A stretch of DNA of 63,883 bases, filler included, from Hyphochytrium catenoides (taxonomy: Eukaryota > Protista > Hyphochytriomycota): assembly GCA_900088475.1 (NCBI GenBank). It is 5 parts of 5 records of this genome, joined end to end, with 100 filler letters (N's around TTAATTAATTAA, not from the genome) between each part and the next. Parts side by side here need not be neighbours in the genome. Positions count along the whole stretch, not along the records: positions 1 to 25,239 come from FLMG01003348.1; 4 more parts are not named here. One strand, written 5' to 3'. The position numbers were made by a program, and so were the translations under genes. The notes beneath the pieces were generated by a model. It made no database searches. It was not told the DNA's origin and saw only the letters and a program-made list of their open reading frames with translations. Shown here one piece after another: positions 11,401-20,560 of this stretch. The stretch's first letter is position 1, and every line of letters begins with the position of its first letter.

Positions 11401-14400
11401 GGCGTGGGGAGACCTAGGCAGAACGAAATGGCGAGTAAAGCAAGAGAGACTCTCTCTCTTGAGAACTATCTTTCTCTCTTGGAAAGACGTGCATGTAGAT
11501 CCATCAACGGCGAAGAGAAAGAGTATGCTGCGGCTGCTCAAGACCAAGAGAACACCCTTTGCGGCGAGGGAAGAAGAGGAGAGACGAAGGAGAGAGGAAG
11601 AGAAACAACTAAGAATAGAGCTGCTGAAAGATGGGGAAGAGCTCTCTCTCTCTCACTTTCAAAGAAGAAGAAAGCGTCTCGCTCTTCGGCGTCTGCGCTT
11701 CTACGCCTCAGATGTACAGCGACAGAGGAAACGAGTGAGAATGGCTGTAGAGATATGGAGCTCGAGCCTCGAAACCCATACAATACGCTGGTGGAAGCAG
11801 TTCGTCCGTGAGAGACAGAGAAAGAGAGAAGAGAGACAGCGCGCAGAGCAGCACTTTCACTTAATAGTTCTTAGGCGATGGAGACGTCATTGTACGAGGA
11901 AGAAACAGTGGAGACTCTGCCTGGCGAGAGTCTCTTCTGACATGGAAAGGCTAAGCAAACGAAGAAGATTGCGTTCATGCTTACTTTCCTGGTGCCGTCT
12001 GAAGCCTCTTCGGTTGGAGAGAGAGAAAAAGAGAGAGAGAGCGCAAGGTTTCTATCGGCGTTCTCTCCTCTTCTCCGTTTTCTCTTCCTGGAAGGTAAAC
12101 GCTCTCATGAAGAAGGTTCCTCCCTGGGTTCTGCTTGCTTTCAACCTTATTCTTCTCTCCAACACCTTCAAAGCCTGGAAGAGCTATGCCGAAGAGAGAG
12201 AGAGAAAGAGAGAGAGTTATAAGAGAGAATGGGAAGAAAAGAATAGAGCTGCTACTCGGATTCAAGCCATAATAAGAGGGAAGATGACGCGGATCGCGGT
12301 AGAGAGATGGAAGTTCCGCTATCAATGGGCAGTCCTTAAGGCACAAGCTCTATGGAGAAGACGAAGTGCCGTCATGGCAACGAGACAAATTCTAAGAAAG
12401 AGAAGACTTGACGAGGCACTCAAGAGAGAAAGAGAGAGAGATCTTATGGCAGTAGAGGACGAGCTCAGTGAGCAGCTCTCTCTCTCTCTTCGTGCTGCTT
12501 CTGTCATCAAGCACTTTCTTCTCCGTGTCAGAGGGGCAAAAATGCTCTCTTTCACCCGCCATCTCCTAGCCAAGGAGAGAGCCATCAAGGCTGCCCAAGG
12601 AAGAGCAAGACACCTGGAAGAGACAGAGAAAGCAAAGAAGAGAGAAGAAGAGAGACAGCAGACGTTGAGGGAGAAAGCAGTGATCATCCAGAAGATAGGC
12701 CGTGGGTTCTTAGAGAGAAAGAGACACGAGGTGCGGCTAATGAACAGCCTCAAAGACCAGATGGCGACGATCATCCAGGCGGCATATAGAGGAAGAAGAG
12801 GACGAAGAGATACGACTGCGCGAAGAAGAGTGCAAGATATAGAGAGACAAGCTAGGGAAGACCGAGTACTAGAGGCGGCGATACTAAGAAGAGTGGGACT
12901 GAGACATCGCCATCAGCAGCGGCCGTTCCTGGAGGTTCTGCATACCGTCGGGTTCAATGCGAATAGCTTTAATCACAGCCTTAAGGGCCTGAGAGATGAA
13001 GTCCTGAGTGACTTTATGTCGTTTCTTCGATACATTGCGGGAGGAATCACCTCTGTGCAGGAGAGAGTTGCCAAGTCTCCTCTAGGGAAAGCCCTCTCTC
13101 TCTCTCCTTCTCGCTCTCTCTCTCCTGTGTCTCCTTCTTCGAAGAATGAGAGGAAAGGAGGTTCAGCTGCCTCTCCTTCTACGAGAGAGAGAGAGCATGG
13201 ACCTGGGACAAAGACATTGGCACGAATAGAGGCCGAGGTGGAAAAGAGGCTGGCGAGTTCTCTGTCTTTCTCTCCTGGAAGGCTTTACTCTCTCTCTATC
13301 AAGCCAAAGAAAGGAGACGCTGTGAGGATTATTGATCCAGGCTCTCCGCTAAGAGGAGAGACAGCTACCGTCCTTAACATTCTCAGGACAAAGTCTCCCG
13401 TTCCTCTCGCCACGGCAGCAGGAGGAGGAGGAGTAGAAGCAGGAGGCAAGTCATTCTTCTCTCTTTCTCTTTTCGCTTCTACTTCTCCTTCCGCTAAGGG
13501 CAAGGCTCTGGTCTCTGCGCCATCTCAAACGGGAGAAAGAACAATCGAGGAGAAGAAAACAGAAGAGTGGCAGGAAGAATATGTGCTAAAGGTTGATAGG
13601 ACAGGAGAGATCGTATGTCTCTCTCTCTATCAGCAGTCTCCCTCTCCTGGCCCCACTGAAGAGAGGCAACAAGCCATCATTCTCACGGAAGCTTTGATTC
13701 GACCGCTCTCTCCTCTTCTCCGTCCCGAGAGAGTGAGAGAGAATGCTAAGCAGCTTCTCTCCGTGGCTCGAAAGATGAAAGAGAGAAAGAGGTTGGACCG
13801 CAAAGCAACAGTCATTCAGTCTGCCATGAGAGGCTTTCTGGCAAGGCGAGCCGCGGAGAAGAGACAGGAGGAAGTACAAAAGATGCTCGCACAAGAGAGA
13901 GAGGGCACCAAAGAGTTTCTCTCTCTGATTGGGATGGACAGCAAGAGAGTGGCCTCGCTTCTCTCTTCTCTCTTTCTCTTACATCCCGCCCTCGTGCGTT
14001 CCATAGATTTCCCTGTTTCCGAGTCCGTTCTGTCTCGCGTCCGGACAGAAATATGGAAGCTGCAAGACAGTGTGGCGCGGAGGCAAGAGGTGCGAGAGAG
14101 AGTGTACTCCCAAGAGAGATGGATAACAGAAGTTCTCTCTTTCTCTTCTTCGTATTCTGATGGCAAGAGTCTTCTTTCTCCTATGGCCTTTAGAGAGGAT
14201 GGAACAGAGGCACTCTGTCTTCTCGAAGAGAGAAAGAGTCTTCTCTCTTCCCTGTGGCATCTTCCAGCCATTTCTGCAGGCTTGGCTCTGAAAGAGTGGG
14301 CTTCTTTCTCTGATCATAGCCAAGAGATTGGAATGATGCTTCACTCTCTCTCTGATTCTCTTCTTAAATCAGGAGGAGGTCAGAGGGGAAGAGAACGAGA

Positions 14401-17400
14401 GAGAGAGCTTCTTCTCTCCCATAACCACGTGAACATGGTGGGAGAGTACCGCTTCTCTCAACTCGAGACAAGTCTCCATCTGCGCCATAGAAAGGCGCTG
14501 ATAGGAAGAGGGACCGTTGTCTACCATGGAGGATGGCAAAAGAACCTCACGAGAAGAGGAGACGAGAGAGAGAGAGACAGGGGAGACTGGCAACCTCATG
14601 GCCAAGGCTTCATACATTTTCTTACCGGACAGTTCGCCATTCACGAGCGTTATCGACAGTCTCTCTGTCTCCCTGTGACTCTTGGAGGAGAGATACCTCT
14701 AAGAGTAGCCGTAGTAGGTGGCTCTCCTCCCTATAAGTACCACTGGGTAAGGAGAAGAAAGGGAGAAAAAAAGTGGGTTTCTCTTCGTCCTGGAACTTCC
14801 TCTCTCGCTCTTTCTCTCTCTCCCTCGTCCCCATCTTCGCCTTCTTCTGTGCAAAGGAATGATCTTTTGGTCCAAAGCTCAAAGAACTATCACGAGGTTT
14901 GGCTCCGGGACGTGGTAGAGCAGGATTTACTATGGGAATACGCCTGTAGAGTCTCTGACGAGATATCCGGGGAGAGATACTCTGGGACGATACTCTACAG
15001 CGGCATCATAACCTTACAAGGGAGCCCGCGGCTTGAAGGCGCTCTCTCTCTCTCTCATACCTCCACTGAGCTCACCACTGGCATGTCTCTTAAGCTCTTC
15101 TTCCTCCCTAAGGGAGGCACTCCGCCCTACTCTGTCTCGTGGACGAAAGACGGGAACGCGATCTGGTCTAAACAGCGCTGCACAGAGAACTCTCCTGCTG
15201 TTCTCTCTCTCCCTAACCTCCAGGTCCTGGATGGAGGAAGCTATGGGGCCATTGTCACCTGCGCCACCGGAGGACGGTACGAGACAGAGCAGCCGATAGT
15301 CCTGAAAGTAGCACCGGAACTGAAGATTATGAGACAGCCTCAGCCGCTTCCTACCCGAGTCGGGGGAAAAGCGGAGATGTCAGTCTCTGTCGAGGGAGGA
15401 TGCCCTCCCTATTCTTACCGATGGTTCCATAACGGAAACCTCGTTTTCTCCTCTGGCACTCCATCTCTTTCTCTCTCTCTCTCTCCCTCTAACAAGGGCA
15501 TTGTAGGACAGGAGAAGGAGAGAGAAAGAGGTATCGCTCTCTCCCTTGGCTCTTCCCCTTCAAAGCTATCAGCGAGGAAAGCACCAGTGGCCGACGGAGG
15601 AGGAGGAGGACGGGGAACTTCAAGCAAAGTCAGAGGAGAGGGAGAGAGAAACCCTGCCGAAGAAGAGGAAACAGAAGAAAGAGAAGGAGAAAGGATGGGA
15701 TACAAGCTCATCCTTGAGGACTGCAGAATCTATGACGGAGGGAGCTACATGGTCTGGGTGACAGACAGAGCAGGGAAGATGGTCATCTCTACACCGGTAG
15801 ACCTGTGTATATACAGCCACTTGGACGTTCTCATTCATCACGCTAGGAAGCTAGATATCGATTCTCTGGAGCCGCCGAACCCTTTCGTCACAGTCCAGAC
15901 GTCTTTCCCAGAGAGAGAGAGACTCCTCGGGAGCAAGATCTTAGAAGATTATGACCAGGCGCTGGAGAGAGAAAAGCGCTCAACAACTGTGAGAGAGAGA
16001 ACCCGGAACCCTGTCTGGGGAGAGAGACTCCGTCTCCCTCTCTCGGACTATAGCGCAAACCTCTCTCTCTTGGTTCAAAGCAGAGTGGCTCATCGCTCTA
16101 TGTTCCTAGGAAAGATAGAGTTTCCCCTTGCTGAGCTTCTCTCCGGGAGAGAAGTGACAGGAACCTTTGAACTGCAGGACTTCTTCATTGTCAAGCATAA
16201 GAAGACTATGGCTAAGCAGCTGAAGAGAGAAACAGAAAAGAAAGAGCTGTCAGAGTTGTGGGAGAGACTCTTGGGAAGTCAAGGAAAGAGAGGAGAGATC
16301 TCTCTCTCTCTTAAGCTCTTTCGCTCTGCTGTCCCGGACCTTATGGTCTATGCTCTGCCTCTCCCTGGAACTTTCTCTTTCTCTTCTTCTCTCTCTTACT
16401 TTCTCGATAACGATGTCTGTCAAGTCGTAGAAGAGATGGTGGGCGCCATCGAGAGAGAGGAAGAAGTGCAGGCAACAGTCACCTCTCTAATCGATCTCTG
16501 TGAGGCTCTCTCTCTCTATGACGTCAACGGGAAGAGAAACGTCTCCACTTTTGCTCTCTCTCCCTCTTCTCCAGCGTCAGCCCTGGTGCATAACCAGGCT
16601 AAGAGGCAGAGCGGTCAAGAAGGAGGAGAGAAGAGAGAAGTGGGGAGATTGGAGATTCAGGGTCTCCTGCAGGATCTCGTGAAGGTAGTCGAGGGAGAAG
16701 AGACGCTGGCGCATTGGAGAGAGAGAAGACTGCCCCTTATTTTCCCAGAAGTGAGAAAGCGACTCTCTTTTCCCATCTATCGCTCCCTCTCTGGGCACTT
16801 CCATGAGGGCGAGATCAAGGGAGAAGTGTGCATTATCTATGAAGACGCTTCCTCGTACAAAGGGCTATACATAGATGAATCGTGCGTGGAGAGAGAGAGG
16901 GGACGAGTCTCTCCCTCGAGTCGTCCTTTCAATCACTGGGGAGTGTGGAGAGACTCGACAGGGACTGTGTATGAGGGAGAAAGAGTTGACAACCACTTTG
17001 ATCCTCTCTCTCTCAACGGCTTCTTCATCATCACATCCAGTACCGAGCAGTACATAGGAGAAATGAGAGACTCACATCGCCATGGAAGTGGTGAGCTATA
17101 TGTCAGGAGAGGAGAGACAACCTGGGGAGAGAAAGGAGAGACAAAGGGCTTTCTCTTTGCCTATCTTGGCTCTTTCTTCCAGGGAGAAAGACACGGGAAA
17201 GGGAGATGCTGCTATGACGATGGTTCTCTTTATGAGGGAGAATGGGAGAGAGACTTTCCTCACGGATACGGGGTCAAGAGAGAGAGAGACGGCACTCTGT
17301 ACGAGGGAGAGATGAGGTTTGGAATTAAGCACGGCATCGGGGTAGAGATAGGAGGAGACGGGCATGTCTATAGGGGAGAGTTTTACCTCGGTCAATTTCA

Positions 17401-20400
17401 TGGCCGCGGCGCTCTTTCTCTTCCCAATGGCGATTATTATGCAGGAACTTTCTCTGCAGGAGAGCTCGAGGGAGAGGGAGAGAAGAGAAACAGCAAGAGA
17501 GAGAGATTGTTCGGGAACTTTAGGAAAGGGAGGCTCGACGGACAAGTGCGAGTAGAACGAAAGCTACCTGATGGCTCGAGAGAGATACAGCGGGGCTTAT
17601 GGGAGAAAGGCTACTTTGTGGCCTGGACGTCCACCGCGGTCAACCCTCTGAAGACGAAAGAGTTCGTCAGAAGATTCCTAGGAGAAAGAGAGAGAGAGAA
17701 AGACGAAGGTGAAGAAGGGATAGAAAAATTCAAGCCCACCTCAAGTCTTTCTCTCTCTCTCTCTCCATCTCCTCCCCGCTGGGATTCTCTCTTCGCTCTC
17801 GTGGTAGCGAAGAGACTACCTCTGATGCCTGATGGAGTCGATCCAGAAGATCCCGAAGTCCAAGAGATTCTTAGTGGAATCATCTTGGAGTGCGGAGACT
17901 TGGTAGGAAAGAGCACGGAAGAGGAACTCTTAGTGAGCATTCCCCAGCTGGAGAGAGAGATTTCTTCTCTCTCTCTCTCTCTTGAGAACATGGCCAAGGC
18001 AACGAGGGCAATGAGAGAGCTGGTGGAAAGACAAGAGGAGGAGATTAGACAGTCAACGTTCGTCATCACAGCCAAGAGAGAGAAAGCGCGAGAGATAAGA
18101 GAGGAGATAGAATATTTTTGGAAGAATGAGCCTGAGAATAGGAGAGAACACTATCTTGCCTCTCTCTCCAGCCTCAAAGCCTTACGCTCTATCGACTGGA
18201 GAGGAATGAGGAAACATCACTTTCCTCCTCTCGAGGTAGAAACCACCATAGCTGCTCTCTCTCGCATTCTTTTCCTCCCTTCCAACTGGAAGACTGTCTG
18301 CTCTGATCTTCTCTCTCCTGAAGAGGATCCTGAAGGTCTGTACGCGGGAACAGGAGAAGACGCCGACGGGCAAGAGAGAGAGTCGGAAGGAAACGAAGAG
18401 AGTCTCGGCCCGCCTGTGAAGCTTCTAAAGCACCTTGAAGCCTTTGATGTCTATCCATCCTGCAGGAGAGAGGATCTTCTCCAAGACTTGGAAGAAAACT
18501 TTCTCTCTCTCTCCTGGTTCAAAGCCCCAGAAGACTATAGAAAGACGATAGGATCGTGCTGCTACTTCCTCATAAAGTACGTGATAGCCGTCTTCCACTA
18601 TCTGGAGAAGGCACAAGCGGTGGTGGAGAAGAAGTATACGGCAGACGCGCTAGAGAGTGTGGCCATAAAAGAGGAAGAGTCTCTCTCTCTCTCTCCTCAG
18701 CGGCTGGCAGAGCTTGTCTCTCGTCTAAATGAAAAGATAGCGCAGCAAGAGGCAGAGAACAGCAGGAGAGACCAGATGATCTTCGAGTTAGAGAGGAAAG
18801 AGAAGATGCTGACAGACATTCAAGCAACCAGAGTAGACTACGAGGTAGAGAGAGAGAAGTTCCGTCCTCTTTCTCTTTATGAGAAAGCAGAGAGAGATCA
18901 AGACTATCTCTCCAAACAGTGCGAAGTGGCTCTGAACGATATGATCACCCACGTCGAGAAGTCTCTCTCCTGGTGGAGCACCGTGGGGAATGTTCCTCTC
19001 TCTTTCGGGACAAACATAGCCAAGTGGCTGGACGATGAACTCTCTCTCTTCCGTCCCCAATGTCTCTCTCTCTCTCCTGAAAACTCTTTCTCTCCCGCTC
19101 CACCTCCACCCTTTCCTCGTCTGTCTTATGAGGCAGAAGAGGCAGAAGAGGATGATGAAGAGAGAGACCCCGAAGGGAAGAGAGAGAAAGGCCTGGCAAG
19201 GAACAAGGCTTACCGTCTCATTGCTAAGGATCTAGCGAGAAGAGTAGAGCGGATCCTCCATCCAGACGAAGATTATCAGAGGCTTGTATACGATTTTCTG
19301 AAGAGAGAGAAAGACAACGCGAGAGAAGATGCTCTCCAGGCGCAAGGTCGCAAGTCAGAGTGCTCTGACTCTCTTCTAATGCTCCAGGAAGAGATGGCAC
19401 TCATTGCAAGAGAGATAGAAGCACTAGACACAGAGCTTGTCTCTCTCTCTTCTTCTCTCTCTTCTCTCCAGGCAAGAGAACCTTCAGTTCAGGAGTTCTT
19501 CTCCATAAAGCAGGAACTTGAAGGTCTGAGGAAGACAGAGTCAGCGCTGGCAATCATCGCGAGAGACAGACGAGCATTGGCGGAAGAAGCAATGAAGAGA
19601 GCGCAAGACGCTGCAGACGCTGTCTCTTCCGGAGAGAGTGAAGACGTAGATTTAGCTGTGAAGTTGGATGGACTGGCAGAGAGAGAGATGGAAGAGGCGC
19701 AAGAGAGAGAGAAAGACTACAGGGACGTACATGAGAGAATTGTCTCTCTAGAAGAGAGATACGGCTCTCTCCTTCGTCGAAAGGTGGTTGCAGAGTCTCT
19801 GCAAGTGGAAGAGAGAAACACCCATTGCCAGGCATATCGCTCTCTCCTCTATGACAGATGGACATCTCTCTCTTCCCAAGAGCCTCTCATGGAAGCAGAA
19901 CTTCTCTCTCGTAGAGAGAGAGCTGCTGTCTCTCTATCTTGGAGAGAGCGTTGCTCGGCTGCTCTAGAAGAGGATCTCTGGCATCGCCTTGTCCGTCTCC
20001 GCTGGGCAGAGCTCGACAGGCAGGAGAGAGACAAAGGGAGAGCTGAAGCCTGGGAGAGAGAGAACCCCAAAGATCCTGCAAGGGCCGCTTTGAGGGCAGA
20101 AGAGAGAGGAGGAGACGGAATGACCGCAGAAGAGATGTTCCAGTTCTCTTGCTGGGCTACTATCCATCCAGAGGAGATGCAGCAGGCGAGAGAGGATGCG
20201 GAAAGAGAGAGGGAGAGACTTGCTGACGTCTGGGAAGAGAGACATCCAACCCATCTTCTCCCTCCTCGCAGAGCTTTCCTCCCTGTCTCTCAGGAATGGA
20301 CGACAGCGGATGAAGCACACAAGGTTCTCTCTTCTTCGAGTCTCTTCTCTCCTCCTTTCTCTTCTCTCTCTCTCCCTTACGCTTACCTCACGGGAGAGAG

Positions 20401-20560
20401 AGAAGAAGAGAGAGAAGAGGAGATTCTGGCTGCTGCCTGGGCGCAGGCCCATCCCGAGGCCATGAGAGAGGCTGAAGAGAAAGCGACCGCAGCGTTGAAC
20501 CAGCAGTGGATAGAATACCTTGAATCACAGGGACTGATGCCAGTGGAAAGTGAAGGATAG
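8459..20560 (+). CDS. Intronless 4033-aa multidomain protein: LRR, IQ motifs, SFI1-like repeats, KOW-like, three Ig-like, C2, MORN, coiled coil with dynein MTBD-like domain
   Basis: Single 12.1-kb open frame. Cys-containing LRRs (LxxLdLsxCxxltD) about 8990-10570; about 7 IQ-like motifs (e.g. AAIRLQSLYRGH, AATRIQAIIRGK, ATVIQSAMRGF); F/L-x-x-W-K/R repeats about 11050-12190; KKGDAVRII..GETATVL about 13305-13385; three GGxPPYxxxW...YxxxV Ig-like units about 14660-15810; C2 (NPVWGE, FLGKIEFPL) about 15815-16325; MORN repeats (YEGEW...HGYG) about 16780-17630; MTBD-like segment about 18160-18610. Confidence 0.9.
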   Translation: MESSTKPRIFTSSGERLVKPPSLSLSSSSSLLPQRRPSQVAPLDRTRPAKVQKNDLLSLASSSQKERDKAAVSPSPQRLLKPVRGQKKAKQKEELEGLLSSVKTLLESKHQERERGGQRQREEEREKRERPSARGRKRPLPKEEEEGRGQYRARRPLSFCGSIPSVILYEPYSWRPKKDIDLSLWESCLSPAAVEAVCTANSTIESLSLHDCPSLSPSIFIAIGASMSSSLSRLDLSRCSQLSDEGICVIASRCSLLSSLSISHCPQLTGRSLLALAEHSRNLTALDGSGCPSFGGEVLNRFISLSSAINSIALSRCPLISDENLQMMGQHWTLGFCELTHCERVGDAGVQGLLTTKMKKLQSLSLAHCSLLTDDGCRAFLEKKIIYGFKSTGGFRSLKSLDISGCRRLTELSLSYIAAGCPNLQKLIVEDVGRSVHGRRGWQALGSLQSLVELSVSPILLSSHLVTSLEAQGPTDEALLAFLEARIALTCPSLQSLSLSGCTELFTDRSATLCVQGNAMIEHLNISQTLVSDEALREISSHCRALTSLDLSHCPHITAAGLLSFSQRKVDSLTELNISFCPSLRWEELSVLKHFRALRVLEASGVDDIRTEKTGKTERERDEERDASPGGIADSLPVHHYRALSLSDYAEKLDDDALEGLAHRNRALLRVNLSRCRRLTNKSIKVLLSNCPQLKEIEVPNCEGLRMNEEEATALEEFVQGLRELQKRERETERHSERGRSLSLRYLSCVWAQEDGEEGTRRLERITQVKKDRDQEERERQAIRREKEEDAAIRLQSLYRGHTAYEALQRYKKRKKERESAAEEMKGIFTRKREDHAAWVIQRSYRVYRMREKIARKSMRKSLSLWKKWKKKERLLRKLEELSPGTLSFSFTCWKDHAARQKKRKSKRHRAMIFWRGHTRSTVFHRWKEQAKERERERKYLVTIFLIAIPGFAALNSLRQREREEKARLFHRKNLLAPCFTAWGDLGRTKWRVKQERLSLLRTIFLSWKDVHVDPSTAKRKSMLRLLKTKRTPFAAREEEERRRREEEKQLRIELLKDGEELSLSHFQRRRKRLALRRLRFYASDVQRQRKRVRMAVEIWSSSLETHTIRWWKQFVRERQRKREERQRAEQHFHLIVLRRWRRHCTRKKQWRLCLARVSSDMERLSKRRRLRSCLLSWCRLKPLRLEREKKRERAQGFYRRSLLFSVFSSWKVNALMKKVPPWVLLAFNLILLSNTFKAWKSYAEERERKRESYKREWEEKNRAATRIQAIIRGKMTRIAVERWKFRYQWAVLKAQALWRRRSAVMATRQILRKRRLDEALKRERERDLMAVEDELSEQLSLSLRAASVIKHFLLRVRGAKMLSFTRHLLAKERAIKAAQGRARHLEETEKAKKREEERQQTLREKAVIIQKIGRGFLERKRHEVRLMNSLKDQMATIIQAAYRGRRGRRDTTARRRVQDIERQAREDRVLEAAILRRVGLRHRHQQRPFLEVLHTVGFNANSFNHSLKGLRDEVLSDFMSFLRYIAGGITSVQERVAKSPLGKALSLSPSRSLSPVSPSSKNERKGGSAASPSTREREHGPGTKTLARIEAEVEKRLASSLSFSPGRLYSLSIKPKKGDAVRIIDPGSPLRGETATVLNILRTKSPVPLATAAGGGGVEAGGKSFFSLSLFASTSPSAKGKALVSAPSQTGERTIEEKKTEEWQEEYVLKVDRTGEIVCLSLYQQSPSPGPTEERQQAIILTEALIRPLSPLLRPERVRENAKQLLSVARKMKERKRLDRKATVIQSAMRGFLARRAAEKRQEEVQKMLAQEREGTKEFLSLIGMDSKRVASLLSSLFLLHPALVRSIDFPVSESVLSRVRTEIWKLQDSVARRQEVRERVYSQERWITEVLSFSSSYSDGKSLLSPMAFREDGTEALCLLEERKSLLSSLWHLPAISAGLALKEWASFSDHSQEIGMMLHSLSDSLLKSGGGQRGRERERELLLSHNHVNMVGEYRFSQLETSLHLRHRKALIGRGTVVYHGGWQKNLTRRGDERERDRGDWQPHGQGFIHFLTGQFAIHERYRQSLCLPVTLGGEIPLRVAVVGGSPPYKYHWVRRRKGEKKWVSLRPGTSSLALSLSPSSPSSPSSVQRNDLLVQSSKNYHEVWLRDVVEQDLLWEYACRVSDEISGERYSGTILYSGIITLQGSPRLEGALSLSHTSTELTTGMSLKLFFLPKGGTPPYSVSWTKDGNAIWSKQRCTENSPAVLSLPNLQVLDGGSYGAIVTCATGGRYETEQPIVLKVAPELKIMRQPQPLPTRVGGKAEMSVSVEGGCPPYSYRWFHNGNLVFSSGTPSLSLSLSPSNKGIVGQEKERERGIALSLGSSPSKLSARKAPVADGGGGGRGTSSKVRGEGERNPAEEEETEEREGERMGYKLILEDCRIYDGGSYMVWVTDRAGKMVISTPVDLCIYSHLDVLIHHARKLDIDSLEPPNPFVTVQTSFPERERLLGSKILEDYDQALEREKRSTTVRERTRNPVWGERLRLPLSDYSANLSLLVQSRVAHRSMFLGKIEFPLAELLSGREVTGTFELQDFFIVKHKKTMAKQLKRETEKKELSELWERLLGSQGKRGEISLSLKLFRSAVPDLMVYALPLPGTFSFSSSLSYFLDNDVCQVVEEMVGAIEREEEVQATVTSLIDLCEALSLYDVNGKRNVSTFALSPSSPASALVHNQAKRQSGQEGGEKREVGRLEIQGLLQDLVKVVEGEETLAHWRERRLPLIFPEVRKRLSFPIYRSLSGHFHEGEIKGEVCIIYEDASSYKGLYIDESCVERERGRVSPSSRPFNHWGVWRDSTGTVYEGERVDNHFDPLSLNGFFIITSSTEQYIGEMRDSHRHGSGELYVRRGETTWGEKGETKGFLFAYLGSFFQGERHGKGRCCYDDGSLYEGEWERDFPHGYGVKRERDGTLYEGEMRFGIKHGIGVEIGGDGHVYRGEFYLGQFHGRGALSLPNGDYYAGTFSAGELEGEGEKRNSKRERLFGNFRKGRLDGQVRVERKLPDGSREIQRGLWEKGYFVAWTSTAVNPLKTKEFVRRFLGEREREKDEGEEGIEKFKPTSSLSLSLSPSPPRWDSLFALVVAKRLPLMPDGVDPEDPEVQEILSGIILECGDLVGKSTEEELLVSIPQLEREISSLSLSLENMAKATRAMRELVERQEEEIRQSTFVITAKREKAREIREEIEYFWKNEPENRREHYLASLSSLKALRSIDWRGMRKHHFPPLEVETTIAALSRILFLPSNWKTVCSDLLSPEEDPEGLYAGTGEDADGQERESEGNEESLGPPVKLLKHLEAFDVYPSCRREDLLQDLEENFLSLSWFKAPEDYRKTIGSCCYFLIKYVIAVFHYLEKAQAVVEKKYTADALESVAIKEEESLSLSPQRLAELVSRLNEKIAQQEAENSRRDQMIFELERKEKMLTDIQATRVDYEVEREKFRPLSLYEKAERDQDYLSKQCEVALNDMITHVEKSLSWWSTVGNVPLSFGTNIAKWLDDELSLFRPQCLSLSPENSFSPAPPPPFPRLSYEAEEAEEDDEERDPEGKREKGLARNKAYRLIAKDLARRVERILHPDEDYQRLVYDFLKREKDNAREDALQAQGRKSECSDSLLMLQEEMALIAREIEALDTELVSLSSSLSSLQAREPSVQEFFSIKQELEGLRKTESALAIIARDRRALAEEAMKRAQDAADAVSSGESEDVDLAVKLDGLAEREMEEAQEREKDYRDVHERIVSLEERYGSLLRRKVVAESLQVEERNTHCQAYRSLLYDRWTSLSSQEPLMEAELLSRRERAAVSLSWRERCSAALEEDLWHRLVRLRWAELDRQERDKGRAEAWERENPKDPARAALRAEERGGDGMTAEEMFQFSCWATIHPEEMQQAREDAERERERLADVWEERHPTHLLPPRRAFLPVSQEWTTADEAHKVLSSSSLFSPPFSSLSLPYAYLTGEREEEREEEILAAAWAQAHPEAMREAEEKATAALNQQWIEYLESQGLMPVESEG

